Shown here: positions 47,150-61,686 of the stretch, piece after piece | Numbering within the stretch: the first letter of the stretch is position 1 | How the letters are laid out: every line of letters starts with the position of its first letter | Source of the DNA: the human T2T-CHM13v2.0 reference genome, Homo sapiens | Strand: one strand, 5' to 3' | Assembly: GCF_009914755.1 (NCBI RefSeq) | Contig: NC_060947.1 | DNA: 64,000 bases | Notes under the pieces: generated by a model | What the model was told of the DNA's origin: nothing | Database searches by the model: none | What the model saw: the letters and a program-made list of their open reading frames with translations, nothing else | Program-made: the position numbers and the translations under genes

Positions 47150-50100
47150 GTAAAAATGTATGTATAGAATACTCCACTGAACAACAAGAGAATACACATT
47201 TGGCTCCAGTACACATGTCATATTCTCTGTGATAGATCACAGATTATGCCACAAAACAGGTCTCAATGAATTTTAAAATATTGAAATCATATAAAGTATC
47301 TTTTCTGACTAAAATGAAATAAAGTTGGACACCAATAAAAGAATGAAAACTGAAAAATTCACAAATATATTTAAATAAAACCATAGACTCTTAAAGATCC
47401 AATGAGTCAAACAAGAGATCATAAAGTTAGAAATTACTTAGAGATGAATGACAACAAACATGCAACATACCACAATTTACGAATGCAATGAAGATAATAT
47501 TCAGGAAGAAATTTATACCTGCAATGCTTACTTTAAAAATTACAGATCTCAAATCAATAACTTATATTTATATTTTGAGAAACTAGAAAAAGAAGACAAA
47601 ACTAAATCCAAAGCTAGCAGAAGGAAAAATAATTAAAAATTTCATAATTAATATTTTAAAATATAATCAGTATAATATTAACAGTATTATAAATAAAAAT
47701 AGATAAATAGAATGACAAAGGAAAAAAGAGAAGACTCAAATAACTAAAATCACAAAAAAGTGGGGACATTACTACCATCCTTACAGAAAGAGAAAATATA
47801 TCCCAGAATACTATGAACAATTGTATACCAACAAATTACATACTCTATGTGAAATTAAAGTCCTAGAAACACACTAATTACTAAAATTGACTCAATTTCA
47901 AATAGAAAAATCTCAACAAACCTATAACAAATATGAGACTGAATCAGTAATCAAATACTTCCTAATGAATAAGATCCTAGGCCAGGTGGCTTTTCTGGTG
48001 AATTATTCCAAATACTTAAATAAGAGGTAATATCAGTCCATCTTAAGCTATTACAAAAAATTGAATAAGATGGAACACTTTTTAACTCATTCTATAAGAC
48101 CAGCATTATTCTGATACAAGAGCTAAAGACATCACAAGAAAATAAAATTATAAAAATTTATTATTAATATTAATGCAAAAACCCTCAACATTATACTAGC
48201 AGACCCAATCCAACCTCACATTAAAAACCTTATTTACCATGACAAAGTGATACTTATTCCAGGAATGTGAGGGTGGTTCAACATAAGAAATCAATCAACA
48301 TAGTATTAGTATATTACTTTGATAGAATAATAACAACAACAAAAATCATTATCTCAACTGATGCAGAAAAGACATTTGACATAGCAAACACCTTTTCATG
48401 GTAAAAACACTCAGAAAAAAATAAGAATAGAAGGGAACTTCCTCAAATTGATAAAGTGCATTTATGAAAAATCCACTGCTAAGAACATACTCAGTAGTAA
48501 AAGAATGAAAACATTCCCTTTAAGATCAGAAATAAGACAAGGATGCTTGTTTCACCACTGCTATTCAACATTATACTGTAAGTTGTAGCCAGGACCATAA
48601 AAAGAAATAAAAGGCATCCAAGTTATAAAAGAGGAATTATAACTATATAATCTCACAGATGATACGGTCCTATTTATGGTCATATATACAGAAAATCCCC
48701 CAAAATCCACAAGAAAGATATGAAGGCTAATAAATGAATTCATGAATGTTACAGGAAACAGGATAAACACTTTAAGATCATTTTTTTTAATACACCAGCA
48801 ATGAGCCATCTGGAAAGGAAACTCAGAAAGCAATTCCACTTTCAATAGCATCTAGAAGAATAAAATACCAAGGAATAAATAAAACCATGGTGTGAAATGA
48901 GTTATACACTGTAAACTACAAAACTTGGAGAAACGAGTTATACACTGTAAACTACAAAACTTGGCTGAAAGAAATTGAAGAATTGAATAAATTAAGACAT
49001 CCTGTGTTCATGTATAAGACTTGATATTGCTAAGCTGTCAGTACTATACAAAGTATTCTAGAGATTCAGTACATGTCCACCAAAATTCCAGAAGCCTTTT
49101 TTCTACAGAATTGGAAAAGCTGAAAATTCTGAAATTCATATGGAATTGCAAGGGGCCCTAACTTGAAAAACTAACTTTTAAAAAAGAAAAGTTGGAGGAT
49201 CAACACTTCACAATTTCAAAACATTCTATAAAACTATCATAATAAAGACAATACTTGCATAAGGATGTACATATAGACCAATGCAATAGAATTGAGATTC
49301 CAGAAATAAATCCATAAGTTCATGGCCAGTTGACTTTTTACAAGCATGTCAAGCACATTCAATGTGGAGATATGGTTTCTTTAATAAATATTTCTGAGAC
49401 AACTGAATATCCACATGCAACAGATTTAAGTTGGACTACTACCTCGCAACATATACAATCCTTAAATGAAAGTGCATCAACATCTTAAATATAGGAACTA
49501 AAATCATAATACTCTTAGATTTTCATGATTTTGGATTTGGCAATATATTCTTAGATATGACACCAAAAGCATGAGAAATAAAAAATAAATAGATTAGAAT
49601 CCAGCAAAATTAAAAACATTTTTGTCTTAAAGGACTTTATCAAGGAAGTAAAAAGACTTAAAGAATGAGAGAATGGGCCGGGCCCAGTGGCTCATGCCTT
49701 TAATCCCAGTACTTTGGGAGGCTGAGGTGGGCGGATCACGAGGTCAGGAGTTCGAGACCAGCCTGGCCAATATGGTGAAACCTCGTCTCTACTAAAAATA
49801 CAAAAATTAGCTGGGCATGGTAGTGCGCACCTGTAGTCCCAGCTACTCAGGAGGCTGAGGCAGGAGGATCACTTGAACCCGGGAGTTGGAGGTTACAGAG
49901 AGCCGAGATCACACCACTGCACTCCAGCCTGGGCGACAGAGTGAGACGCTGTCTCAAAAAAAACAAAAAAAAAAAAAAAAGAGAGAGAGAGAGAGAGAGA
50001 ATGGGAGAAAATATTTGCAAACCATATATCTTATAAGTGTTCAATATCCACAATGTAGAAAGAACTACAACTCAACAACAACAAAAAGCAGGAACTGAAC

Positions 50101-50925
50101 TTAAAAATGGGCAAAGGACTTAAATTGAACTCTTTCTAAATAATATATACAAATAATCACTAAGCACATGAAAAGATACTCACCATCATTAGTCATTAGG
50201 AAAATGCAAACCAAATCCATGAGGATATATCCATTCATAGGCACTAGCATGATTATAATGAAAAAAACCAGGTGTTGGTGGGGATGCAGATAAATTAAAA
50301 TTCTCATATATTGCTGGTGGGAAGGTAGAATGGTGCTGCTGCTGTAGAGAACAGTTTGGCATTTTTTTAAAAAACTAAAGATAGAATGACTACATGATCC
50401 AGCATTTTCATTCATTGGTATATACCCATTAAAATCATAATGACTCAAAGAGATATTTGTATACCAATGTTTATTGCAGTATTATTCACAATAGCCACAC
50501 ATTGTAAAGAACCCAAGAGTACATCAACACATCAATGAAGAAACATAAGCTGGTATATACATACAATGTTATATTATTCAGTCACCAAAAGGAATGGCAT
50601 TCTGATACATGTGACAACATGGATGGACCTTGAAAATATGTGCTAAGGAAAGAAGCCAGATATAAAGAGACAAATATTTTATGATTTCAGTTATATGAAA
50701 TATCTAGAATAGGCAAATTCATAGAGATAGGAAGTAGATTAGTGGTTTACCAGAAGCTAAGTGAAGAAAGGAATGGGAAGTTATTGCTTAGTGGTTACAG
50801 AGTTTCTGTTTGGGATGAAAATGTTTTGGAAATAGATAGTGGTGATGGTAATACAGCATTGTGAATGTGATTAGTGCCACTAAAAATGACTAAAATAGCA
50901 TATATAAATATTTTCTGTAATAAAA
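47150..50925 (+). mobile_element. L1MB-like, 5'-truncated, degraded ORF2 and 3' UTR
   Basis: Continuous ORF2 remnants; 3' UTR 'aatatctagaataggcaaattcatagagatagg'. Confidence 0.85.
49676..49980 (+). mobile_element. AluSg-like followed by (GA)n
   Basis: 'ggatcacgaggtcaggagttcgagacc'; TSD gagagaatg. Confidence 0.92.
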
Positions 50926-50994
50926 AACATATATATAAATTTCTACGTATATATATATAGTGACCATATATATATACAGTAATAAAAATTAATT

Positions 50995-51228
50995 AGAGTT
51001 ATGGAGGACTAAAGGACATTAGGTAAAAACTAAGGACATCTGAAGAAAATATGGACATTGGTTAATAATAACGTATCAATATTGGTTCATTAATTGTGAC
51101 AAATGAGCCTACAAATGTTAGATGATGCTAATAAAGGTAATTAGATGTGCTGTATGGGAACTCTCTGTACCATCTTTGCGATTTTTCTGAAAATCTAAAA
51201 TTATTGTAAAATAAAATTTTTAAAATAA
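50995..51228 (+). mobile_element. L1MC1-like 3' end
   Basis: 'gtatcaatattggttcattaattgtgacaaatg...atgggaactctctgtac'. Confidence 0.7.
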
Positions 51229-51699
51229 TAGTACAATGGGGAGAGTGTGGAAAATTTAAAACAAAATAATTTTTTTCCAGTATAGACACAGAAATACAGA
51301 TATGCAAAACATAAAGCCCATAAATATAACAGTTTTCAAATAGCATGATGCATCTCATAATAAAAACAACCATTTCCTGAGTATCTTTTTTGTCAGAAAT
51401 TTTATTTACATAATTCTCAGTCCTCTCAATGATCTTGCAAATCAAATATTATATGTCCAAAATTTATAGACAAGTAAGTGAGTGAAATTAAATAACCTAG
51501 CCAACACGGCACAGTTTGTTGTAACAGAACACGGATCTGAAACCAAGTTTATGCAATTGTAAAAGCTGTGAACTATAAGAACTATTAGAATTACTAGTAG
51601 GCAGCCATATAACCTATATATTCTTTGTAGTTGCAATAACACACATGGAATAGAAACAGTTCATCAAATTATAGAAAATCAAAGAAAACGAATTAGAAA

Positions 51700-52600
51700 A
51701 TGTATCCTATTTGTGCAGACACATTTTATCTTTGAAGCAATAGAAATTTAAAAGCATAAAATTGTCATATTTGAATATAAAAATTAAATTTTTTAATAAG
51801 ACTTAATAGAAAACTAAACTAGAAATTGTGAAAAGTATTTGCACTTCTTATAACACAAGATTTGTATCCATAATATATAAAGAATCTATTCAAATTTATA
51901 GAAAAAATATCAAGATCTCAATAGAAAAATGGAAAAGAATTTGAAGAGATATGTATCATAATGGAAAATTAGTAATCAAACATGTTGGAAAATGTGAATT
52001 CTCACAAAATGTAGTCAGACTGGACTCACTTTGATATTTTTATGAAAGCACAAACATATTTATAATAATAATAGCCAGTAATGGTAAAGTGTTAATATAT
52101 TTCAAATAAAGTGGTAATACAAATTGCAAGAACCCTTTTAAAAAGCAATATGGCAATATGAACCATACACCAAAAAGTATATACACGTTTTGACCCAGTA
52201 ACTCCACTGCTAGGTATTTCTCTTAAGAAAATAATTTAACAGTAGAAAATAAAAAATGTGCAGTAAAACATGCATTGAAATATTATCTATAGAGGAAAAT
52301 ACTGGAAATAATTTAATTGTGTACCTTTCATAAAAGGATTTAATAAATTTTGGTATGTCAGCATATCAAAAAAGATAGTACATTAAAATACTAATCATCA
52401 AGACTGTAAAAGTATGCAAATAATCATGACATAATTGTAAGGGAAAATAATAGAACATAAACTGATATATAAACTCTGAGAGCAATGATGTGAAAATGTG
52501 CTCTGTGAAAGACAATCAGCCTTAACGAAAACAGTTGCTGTCTTAGAGTGTTAGGATTGTGTGTTCTTTGTTTTTTTTTAATTTGTCTTGAAAGCTAATT
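51700..52600 (+). mobile_element. L1ME-like fragment
   Basis: 'caatagaaaaatgg', 'ttttgacccagtaactccactgctagg'. Confidence 0.5.
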
Positions 52601-53274
52601 TTGGTGGAGCTGAATCTTTATGCTCTTTCAATTATTCCCAATTCAGGTAAGATAGTAAACTTGCGGTTATAGGTTTAGGGTGCACAACTAAGGGTATAGG
52701 AAGGACAAGGAATCTCAGAATCACCTAGAATCTGATAATAGGAGTCTGGTTTTTCATTAGGGGAAGGGGTATGGTGGACTGAGGAAAATTGAGATTTGGG
52801 GCAAAGAATTTCTGAAAGAAAGTTAAAGGAAGAACAAAACTGTCAACATGATAGAGAACCCCTAAGTCAATTTTAGGGGTTCTCTATTAAAGTACATTTT
52901 AAGGTTTCTCTACAATTGACTCTTGCATAATTTTTAAATTGTCCTTTGCTTGTTTTCAGAAAATAATTCTGAATGAGTGGAAAAACTATGAAGAATATAA
53001 CTTGTGCTTATTGGTCCTAAAACATCAACTTAGGAAAATAAAAGTCATGAGGTTAGTTATATTTGCTTATCATAGATCTAGATGTGTATGAATTAACCCT
53101 TTAAAATGTGAGGGTCTGAGTGAAAATGTCTAATAAACTTCTGGTGGCTAGAGTTTATACTTTATTGTGATTCCTTGTTATCTTGTGTTTGGTTTGGCTT
53201 GAGTTTTACTTTTAAGGTTTTTTGGTAGGCAGTCTACATTCTGAATTGAGTTTCAATGCATTGGTGCACATATC

Positions 53275-53597
53275 AGTTTATCCATTGATGGACACTGAGG
53301 TTAATTCTATACCTTGGCTATTGTGAATAATGCTGCAATGAACATGACAGTGCAGATATCGCTTCAAGATACTGATATGTCTTCAAGATACTGATTTCAT
53401 TTCCTTTGGATATATGCCCAGAATTTGGATTGTTGGACCATATGGTAGTTCTATTTCAGATTCTAAGGAACTACCATACTGTTTTCCATAATGACTGTAC
53501 CAATTTACATTCCCACCAACAGTGTACAAGGGTTGCCTTTTCTCCACATCTTCCACAACACTTAATATATTTCATCTTTTTGATAATGACCATTAAA
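53275..53597 (-). mobile_element. L1MA/PB fragment
   Basis: 'ttggctattgtgaataatgctgcaatgaacatg'; small internal duplication cttcaagatactgat. Confidence 0.8.
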
Positions 53598-55639
53598 TAG
53601 CATCTTAATGTAAGTTATTTACGGCTTATAAAAACATAGAAAGTGTGTTTAAGGAATGGAAGTTTCACATTTTTCAAATCAGATAAGTTAGTTACTTTTG
53701 ATTTATATTTTTAAAACTGTTAGCAAGACACAGAATGACATGAAGTCCTTCCTTTGGGAATTAGAAACAAACCATGTTCCTGTACTCTTCAGAAATTATC
53801 ATCTCCCAAATTAAAGGAAGCATTTCAGTCCTGCATGTTTGCAAAATAAAACTTCTATAATAATGCTGCTATGATCACACCTTTGAATCAGGACAAATGT
53901 TTGAGTCTGACTATTAGCTATGGCGTTCTGATAATACAAAGGTTATAAAGACAGAATTTTACAACCCTGGTCTTCAGGTTTCTTTTGTAATCTTTGTACA
54001 TTCTTACATTATTATTTCTAATCATTCTACTTCAGCTGTGCACCCCAGCATTCAAGACATTCAGTGCTAAAGTGTATAGTCATCCCAACATGTAAAGCAA
54101 AACTCAGAAATGGAGAAAATCTTAACAGAAACAGTGATGATTCAAATTCTAAAATATATGACGTTATCCATTTATCCAGCTTTGAAAAAGTATGGTTTTC
54201 ATTATTAGGTTACAAAAGATCAAGATTTGTGTTCATACTAATGTTGCCCTCATTTCCATTTATATTAAACTGGTATTTGTTTTTTAAAGGAGGCACATGA
54301 ATGAACAGAGCCTTTCCCAATCTCTGTTTGTTCAGCTTGTAACATGCACAGTAGCAAATTCAATCTTGTTAAGAGGCTTACTTCTCCATTGTAGAACTTA
54401 CTTGAGCTGCAAGAAAGTTTATTTTGGTGGGTTTATATGTTTGTGTGGGAGAATGAATTGAAGCTTTTTAAGAACTTTTTTCAATTGTCAATAATAAATT
54501 CCTTATGACTACTTGATTTCAAATAGATTTTGCCCATGTCATTACTCGGATGTGGAAAAAAAAATCCTCATTTCAACAATAGAAAAGTGAAGTTCATCTG
54601 AAAAAAATAACACCTGAAATGTCAATTAAATCACATTGCTTAAAACTCACAAGAACAATTTCGCATTCATGCAAGTTTAAAACAAATAGTGGTTTTCTTT
54701 GACAATGGATAATTTTGTTTAAATCAGGTGGGAAGACAATAGATGCAGAGTCGTATCATTCCATTTGTTTGGACAAACATAAAGTTATTTTATCGTAGAT
54801 ATTTTCCCCTAAAAATTCATTATAATCAAAGAATTGGAAGCTAGCCAATTCAATGTTCATCAGCCAACGTATGAAAAGAATTCGAAGTAAATTTTGTTCA
54901 TATTGCAATTGCAAGCATGCAGGTCACTTTGTTAACTTATAGTCAAATGTGGACTGTTGGGTGATGATCTTTACTACATATAATTAGGTGATGTGATAAG
55001 ATACAACAGCTTCTATTGGTCATGTAGGTGAGAAACTTATGGAACAACCACATGCAAACAGGCACACATACATACACAGATACACACAGACACAACAATA
55101 GAACAAAGGGATATATTTTCTTAGAAAAATAGCATTTGAAGATGGGTCAAATAATAATTTAACTTTGGCCCTAGCACTACTCGATTGTGATCTTGGGCAA
55201 GTCATGTCACCTCTCTGCTGAGCTTAAGTTTCTGCCTTTACAAAAAATGAGAAAACTATCCCAAATGATTATTCCATATTAAAGGATACTAAAGAAGCAT
55301 GTAATACAACTAAATGTTATTCATAATCTTGTATAGGGTCCTGGATAGTAGGAGGACAAGAACTGAATAAGGTTAGTGTTAATTTTCAGAATGTTATCAT
55401 TGCACCCTGGTTTTGTAAGACAATGTCTTTGTTATGGAGGTTGGAAGGAGTTACTACTGAAGCATTTAGTGTTAAAGAGACATCATGTATTCAATTTACC
55501 CTGAAATGTCTAGAAAGAAGGAGAGGAGAGAGATTCAGTAACTAAGTATGGTAAAACATTCACACTTGGAAAATTTGGGTGAATGTTATAATCCTTTTTC
55601 CTATTTAATAAATTTGTTGTTCTTTTTGAGTTATTTAAA

Positions 55640-58230
55640 GTGGAAACTGGAGTCATCAATTTGAGACCTTTCTGCTACAAATTTCCCTCTATCTTCCTTT
55701 AGCTGCATCCTGTAAATTTAAATATTTCGCATTTTCATTTTTATTCAGTTAAAAATGATTTGTAATTATTTTACTATTTCCTCTCTGATCCGTGGGTTAT
55801 TTAGAAGTGTGTAATTTAATTTACAGACAACTGAAAAATCGTGGGAAAAACTTGCTCCATTAGCACATCTGCCAAACATTTAAAGAAGAAATTGTACCAA
55901 TTTTACATATAATTTTTCTGAAGATTGAATAAGAAGAAACATTTCCCAACGTATTTTATGAAGTCAGTATTACTTTGATACCCAAATTGTACACATTATG
56001 TGAGAAATAGCACAAAACAATATTTCTCATGAATGTCAACACAAAATTTACCAACAAATTTTTAGCAAGTTATATCCATAAACACATAAAAGGATGAATA
56101 CATCATGATGAAGTTGGGCTTATCACAGAATTGCAAGATTAATCTAACATTTGTAAATCAATGTAACAAATTTAAAAAAGATTTAAAAAGAAGAAAAAAT
56201 GGTCATCTCAATAGATGCAGAAAAAAATACTTGACAAAAATCGTCACCTACTCATGACAAAAATTCTCAGTGAAATAGGAGTAGACGGGAACTTCTTTGA
56301 TCTTACACAGTACTTCGACGGAAAACCCTACAGCTAACAGCACACTTAATTATAAAATATTGAATGCTTTTCTCCTAAGATCACCTAACAAAGAATGTGC
56401 ACTCTCACCACCTCAGTTCATATTGCACTGGAAGTTCTAGTCAGTGAAACAAGGCATAAAAAAGAAATAAATGCATGCATATTGAGAAGAAAGAAGTAAA
56501 ACAGTCTATTTGTCACACATGTTTAACTACATATAAAATCCTAAAGAATCTACAAAAATGCAAAAAATAACAAGAGAGTTAAGCAAATTGCATGATAAAA
56601 GATCTACAAAAAATTATTTCTATACATTAGCAACGAACAATCAGAAATTGAAAAAATACTAATTACAATAGAATAAAAATATGACAGTGATAAATTTGAC
56701 AATATATTTGCAGGAACTGTACATAGAAAACTATATAACAGTATAAAGAGAAATATTTAGAAGACCTTAATAAGCTAAAAATATAATCTTCATGGATTGG
56801 AAGACTCAATTATTGTTTAAAATATTAATCCCCCCAATTTGATCTATAGATTTAACACCATCCCAAAATTCCAGGACATTTGTTTTAAAAATATGATTAT
56901 ATTTCAATACATAAATTCTGTACAACCAAAAAACAAAATATTACAGTAAAATAAATGGGAAAATATGGTATTTCATTTGTAATGTATGACAAAAATGTTA
57001 ACATCCTTAATGTTTTTAGAAATCAGTAACAAAAAGACTAATATTACAAGGGAAGTGAAAAAATTAAAGGAACACAGGGTAAACGAAGTAACCAAAATCC
57101 ACAAATTGATTATAAACGTAAAATTAAGAGTTAAAACTGTAAGATTGCTATATATAAACATAGGAGAATATCTTAGTAATCTCGAGTTTCTTAGTTATAA
57201 CACAAATTAAGTATAAAAGAAAAAACTCAAAAATTTTGATTTCACAATTAACAATGATTACTCCTTAGAGGACTCTATTAAAAATAGAAAAACAAGCCAC
57301 AGAATGAGAAAACATATTATATATGTATATATAATACATATATAATAAATATATAAGGGTTATATATATAAACAAAGGTCTTGCATCTAGAATATATAAA
57401 GAACTACGATGACTCAAAAAGAAAACAAACACCTCATTTAAAAGGGGGCAGCAAATATTTTGAACAGAAAATTAACTGAAATGCATGTACAGATGGCAAA
57501 TAAGTACATAAACTAGTCATCAGGGAAATGCAAAATAAAACCACAATTAACTCTACAGACTTATTCGAATGGCTAAATTTAGAAACACTCACTATATCAA
57601 GTATTGCTGAGGATGTAGAAGAATGGGAAGACTCCTAGCAGGGGTTTAAAATAGCACAGCCTCTGGAAAACAGTTTCACAGTTTCTTATAATTTTAAGCA
57701 TACTTCCACTCCTAGGTATTTATACCAGAGAAATTAAAACATACGTCCAGATAACAAATTGTAGATTTTTTTGTGGCTTTAATTGTAATGGCCCAAAACT
57801 ACACGTAATCCAAATGTCTATGAACAATGAATTGATAAATTGTGGTACGTACATACAATAGAATGCTACTGAGCAATAAAAAGCGATGAGCTATATATAC
57901 AAAAAAAAGTACAAATGAATTTCAAAATTATGCTGTTTGAAAATAACTAGACCAAAAATTTTTTCCATTTATATAAAATTCTAGAAAGGCAAATTATGTA
58001 TATTGACAGGAAGTAAATTAGCAGTTTCCTGGTGACAGGAGTTGGAGGTTTGGCTGGAGGTAGAAATTACAAATAGTTAAGTGGAAGCTTTTGTGGATGG
58101 TAGACACGTTCATTGTCTTGATTGTGATGATGGTTCCGTGGGTGTATTCCTATGTCAAAATCTATCAAAATGTTATACTGTAACTATGTACAGTTTATCT
58201 TTTCCCAATTATACATGAAGAATGATACCA
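55640..58230 (+). mobile_element. Old L1 (L1MD/ME-like) ORF2 and 3' UTR, preceded by an antisense L1 piece (55640-55830)
   Basis: 'catctcaatagatgcagaaaaaa', 'catggattggaagactcaat', 3' UTR remnants. Confidence 0.7.
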
Positions 58231-60646
58231 AAAATGTCAAAACAGAACATATATGATAATAGGACATGTATCACAAGATCTTTGAAAAAATGAGATCATG
58301 TTACCTAATGGAGTTATCTGAAGCTCAAAGATTTAGTGTACTACATGGAAAAAAAAGGTACAATTTTATGCAATACAGTTATGTAATGCAATTTCATTTT
58401 TATTATATAAAATAACTAATAATTACACAACTAATAATAATTACAATCAGAAATGAAGAATGCTAATGGGAATGCATATTGTTCATTGTTTCCTGCATTC
58501 CACAGTGAAGTTGATGGAAAAGTTATTCCAAACATAAATCATCAAGAAAAATATCCAGCTAATCTTAGAAAAAAATAAATTGTTTTTAACATGCCCCAAA
58601 TCTAAATCATCTCTCTCTTCATAATAGGGTTGAAATGACCACAGAACATTTTAAAAGACAGAATATAGTATAAAAGTTATTTTCAAAATATGAAGTATCA
58701 TACACTTGAAAGATATTATTGTAGTGACAGTGTTGCCTCATGCAATGTTTACTAAACTATGGTGAAAACACTCTTGTTGGAAATGTTATCAGAAGTGGCA
58801 CAGGAAAAAAACATTTCTGTAGTAGGTAAAATATGGAAAATGCTGTACTACATTCCCCTTATTGAAGATTTACAAAACCTGTTAACATATTAAAGTCCTT
58901 GAGTAGTTCTACAGAAAAGGAAACATTTAAATATTTCACCCAGCTTTTTCATACCTACTGATGTTCAGTAGACTATAAGGGGAAATACTAGTGCTGGAGA
59001 AAGGACACTGGATTTGAGGATAGATAATATATGTTCTAGCTCTATGGACTTTGACATGCCACATGACCTCTTTGAGAATTAGTTTCTTAGCATGAAAGCA
59101 AGGGTTAATGATACCTGCCTTAGTAAAAGACTACTCTGCAGTCTTACTATTGTAAAGTAGGACTAAAGTACATATGTGCAATTACTTTATAAGTTATAAA
59201 CCAAAATAAAAGGAGAGTGATTTTTATCATAATGAATTATATATGTATACATGTGTATATATATATATATGTGCGTATACCCATATAATATGTAAGTATG
59301 TATATATAATTATATGTAGATAAATATATATATGCAGATATCTTTTAATACATAAGCAGTCTTTTGAAGAAGAAAGATAATGATGTATTAGAAAAAACAA
59401 TTTGATTATTTGGATGTCAATTTCTCTGTGTTTTTTTTTCTCAAATATTTCATTTGTTCATGTTGAAAAATGTGGACAGTCATAAAATTTCATGCACTGA
59501 ATATCAAAATCTTGCATGTTATATAGAAACAAAAGAAAAAACAAATAGTACTTTTGTATAAAAAGAGTAAGAAAGAACAAAAGAAGTAGAAGAAGGAATC
59601 CAGGACAGACAGGTGGAAAGAAGGAAGGAGAGAGAAATTCCATGAGGCTTATTTACCAGGCAATTATAGATTTGCTATATTTAATTTAAATAGATAGTAT
59701 TGAAAAATAAGAACTGGAAAATTTGACCTTTTCCTCAACTTAATTTTTAGAAAAAAATGAGGAATATATCCCCGAAAAGCCACCTGCAAAACAAACATAT
59801 AAAATGATATCCTGTCATAGCAAAATGCCACTCTATAATTCCATGTGCTTAAGAGTTAATGTACATCATGGATTGTCTAACCTGCTTCCTATACTAGTAA
59901 CTTACCCAAATGGCAGGATAGGTTGAATATGATGGAATAGTAATGTAATATAAATAACCTTTCCATATAAATTAGAAATCTTTTCCTTCCTTTTTTCTGT
60001 GTTTTACTAACACAGTCATGATTATCTTTCTCATCCTGAAGAGAACACACACTTCTTCAGTGTGAAATTTTAAAAAATCAGAGAATAAGTTCATATTTAA
60101 AAGGGAAACTCTCATTTCTTTAGAAAATAAAATAATGATTAGATGTATTAATTCAAAAGAAACTGGAAGTGGCTCATATCTAAATCTTAGTAATGACGTA
60201 GGGGTTTAACTAGAGACAGCTGTTGTAGTCAGAAATTCTAGTTTGTTAATTCAGTAGGACCCAGGATAACATTTAAAAATTTTGAGCTCATACAAATTTA
60301 TAAAAACTCCAAGCTCACTGAGCGACAAATTGCCTTTCTTTGTAAAGCCGGAATTTTTATATCCATTCATACAGAAAGAAATACCTAATTAAGTTTCCAT
60401 TTGAGTACAATAAGATATAATATTTTTTCACCCACCATATATGTCACCAAAGTTGGCAGAGCAGCAAAACTTTTAGATCTGACTACATGAAGACTCTTGA
60501 AATTGGGGAAAAAATGTCTTATCAATGCATACAAATTATGAGTATGAAAACTAGGCAAGAGTTTCTATTTTCTTACTTTCATACACAATCATATTATAAA
60601 GCAGCTGCCTTATGTAGAATACATTGTTGAGCAAATCTTTAAAAAG

Positions 60647-60872
60647 ACAATGAGAACACTTGGACACAGGGTGGGGAACATCATACACCGGGCCCTGTTG
60701 TGGAGTTGGGGGAGGGGGGACGGATAGGATTAGGAGATATTCCTAATGCAAATGACGAGTTAATGGGTGAAGCACACCAACATGGCACATGTATACATAT
60801 GTAACAAACCTGCACGTTGTGCACGTGTACCCTAGAACTTAAAGTATAATAATAAAAAATAAAAATAAAAAA
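60647..60872 (+). mobile_element. L1PA (PA4/5-like) extreme 3' end, ~200 bp plus A-rich tail
   Basis: 'acaatgagaacacttggacacagg...cctagaacttaaagtataataataaaaaa'. Confidence 0.93.
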
Positions 60873-60884
60873 GTTAAAAAAATA

Positions 60885-61095
60885 TGCATTCTAAAAACTT
60901 CACATAAAATAATTTAACCTCCCAACAAAACTATGAAGGAAATACAATTATTATCATCCCTATATTACAAATAAGGAAACAGGGGCACTAATGATGGTAG
61001 TGACTAGTTTAATGTCACACAGCTAGTTGATAATGGAACTAGGATTTAAATCCAGGAAATATGGCCCTAGAATCTATCTTCTGAACCCCTATACT
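60885..61095 (-). mobile_element. MIR
   Basis: 'attattatcatccctatattacaaataaggaaacagggg...gtcacacagctagt...ggatttaaatccagg'. Confidence 0.7.
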
Positions 61096-61595
61096 ATAGC
61101 ATTTATTAGCATAATAAGAGAATACAGTAATGAGGCCTCATGTAATAAAATATATCAATACTTTCCCTGTACTGAGAAATAACCAATTAAAATTAACAAT
61201 TAGCAATTACCAAATGAAAACTGAAATGAAAAATAATAATTTAGAAGCAAAAATTATGAAATGTATGCTTAATAAGAAATTAAAAAGACCTATGTAAAGA
61301 AAACTACATGAAGACAAAGGTAAGTAAAAACATCTTCCACATAATGTATGGTAAGACTGGCTATTGTAAAGATGACAGTTCCTTCCAATAAAAATTTAAT
61401 CAACATCCACACTCTTAGGTTAAAGTTTTTTTTGAAACTCAAATAAATGACCCTCAACTTCAACTGAAAGAATACGTATATAAGACTAACCATTTTTAAA
61501 TGAATAGTATGAATGGAGGCTGTTCACCCTATCAGGTAATTTTTTCAAATGCTATAAATCTTTAAATACAATGTTTTCTAAAAACAGATGGAAAA

Positions 61596-61597
<2 letters not shown>

Positions 61598-61632
<35 letters not shown>

Positions 61633-61686
61633 TATCTGTTTCTAATTTATATATATATATATATATATATCTTAGAAACAGATTTC
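61598..61686. repeat. (TA)n microsatellites flanked by inverted repeats
   Basis: Two TA arrays; arms atctgtttctaa / ttagaaacagat. Confidence 0.9.
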
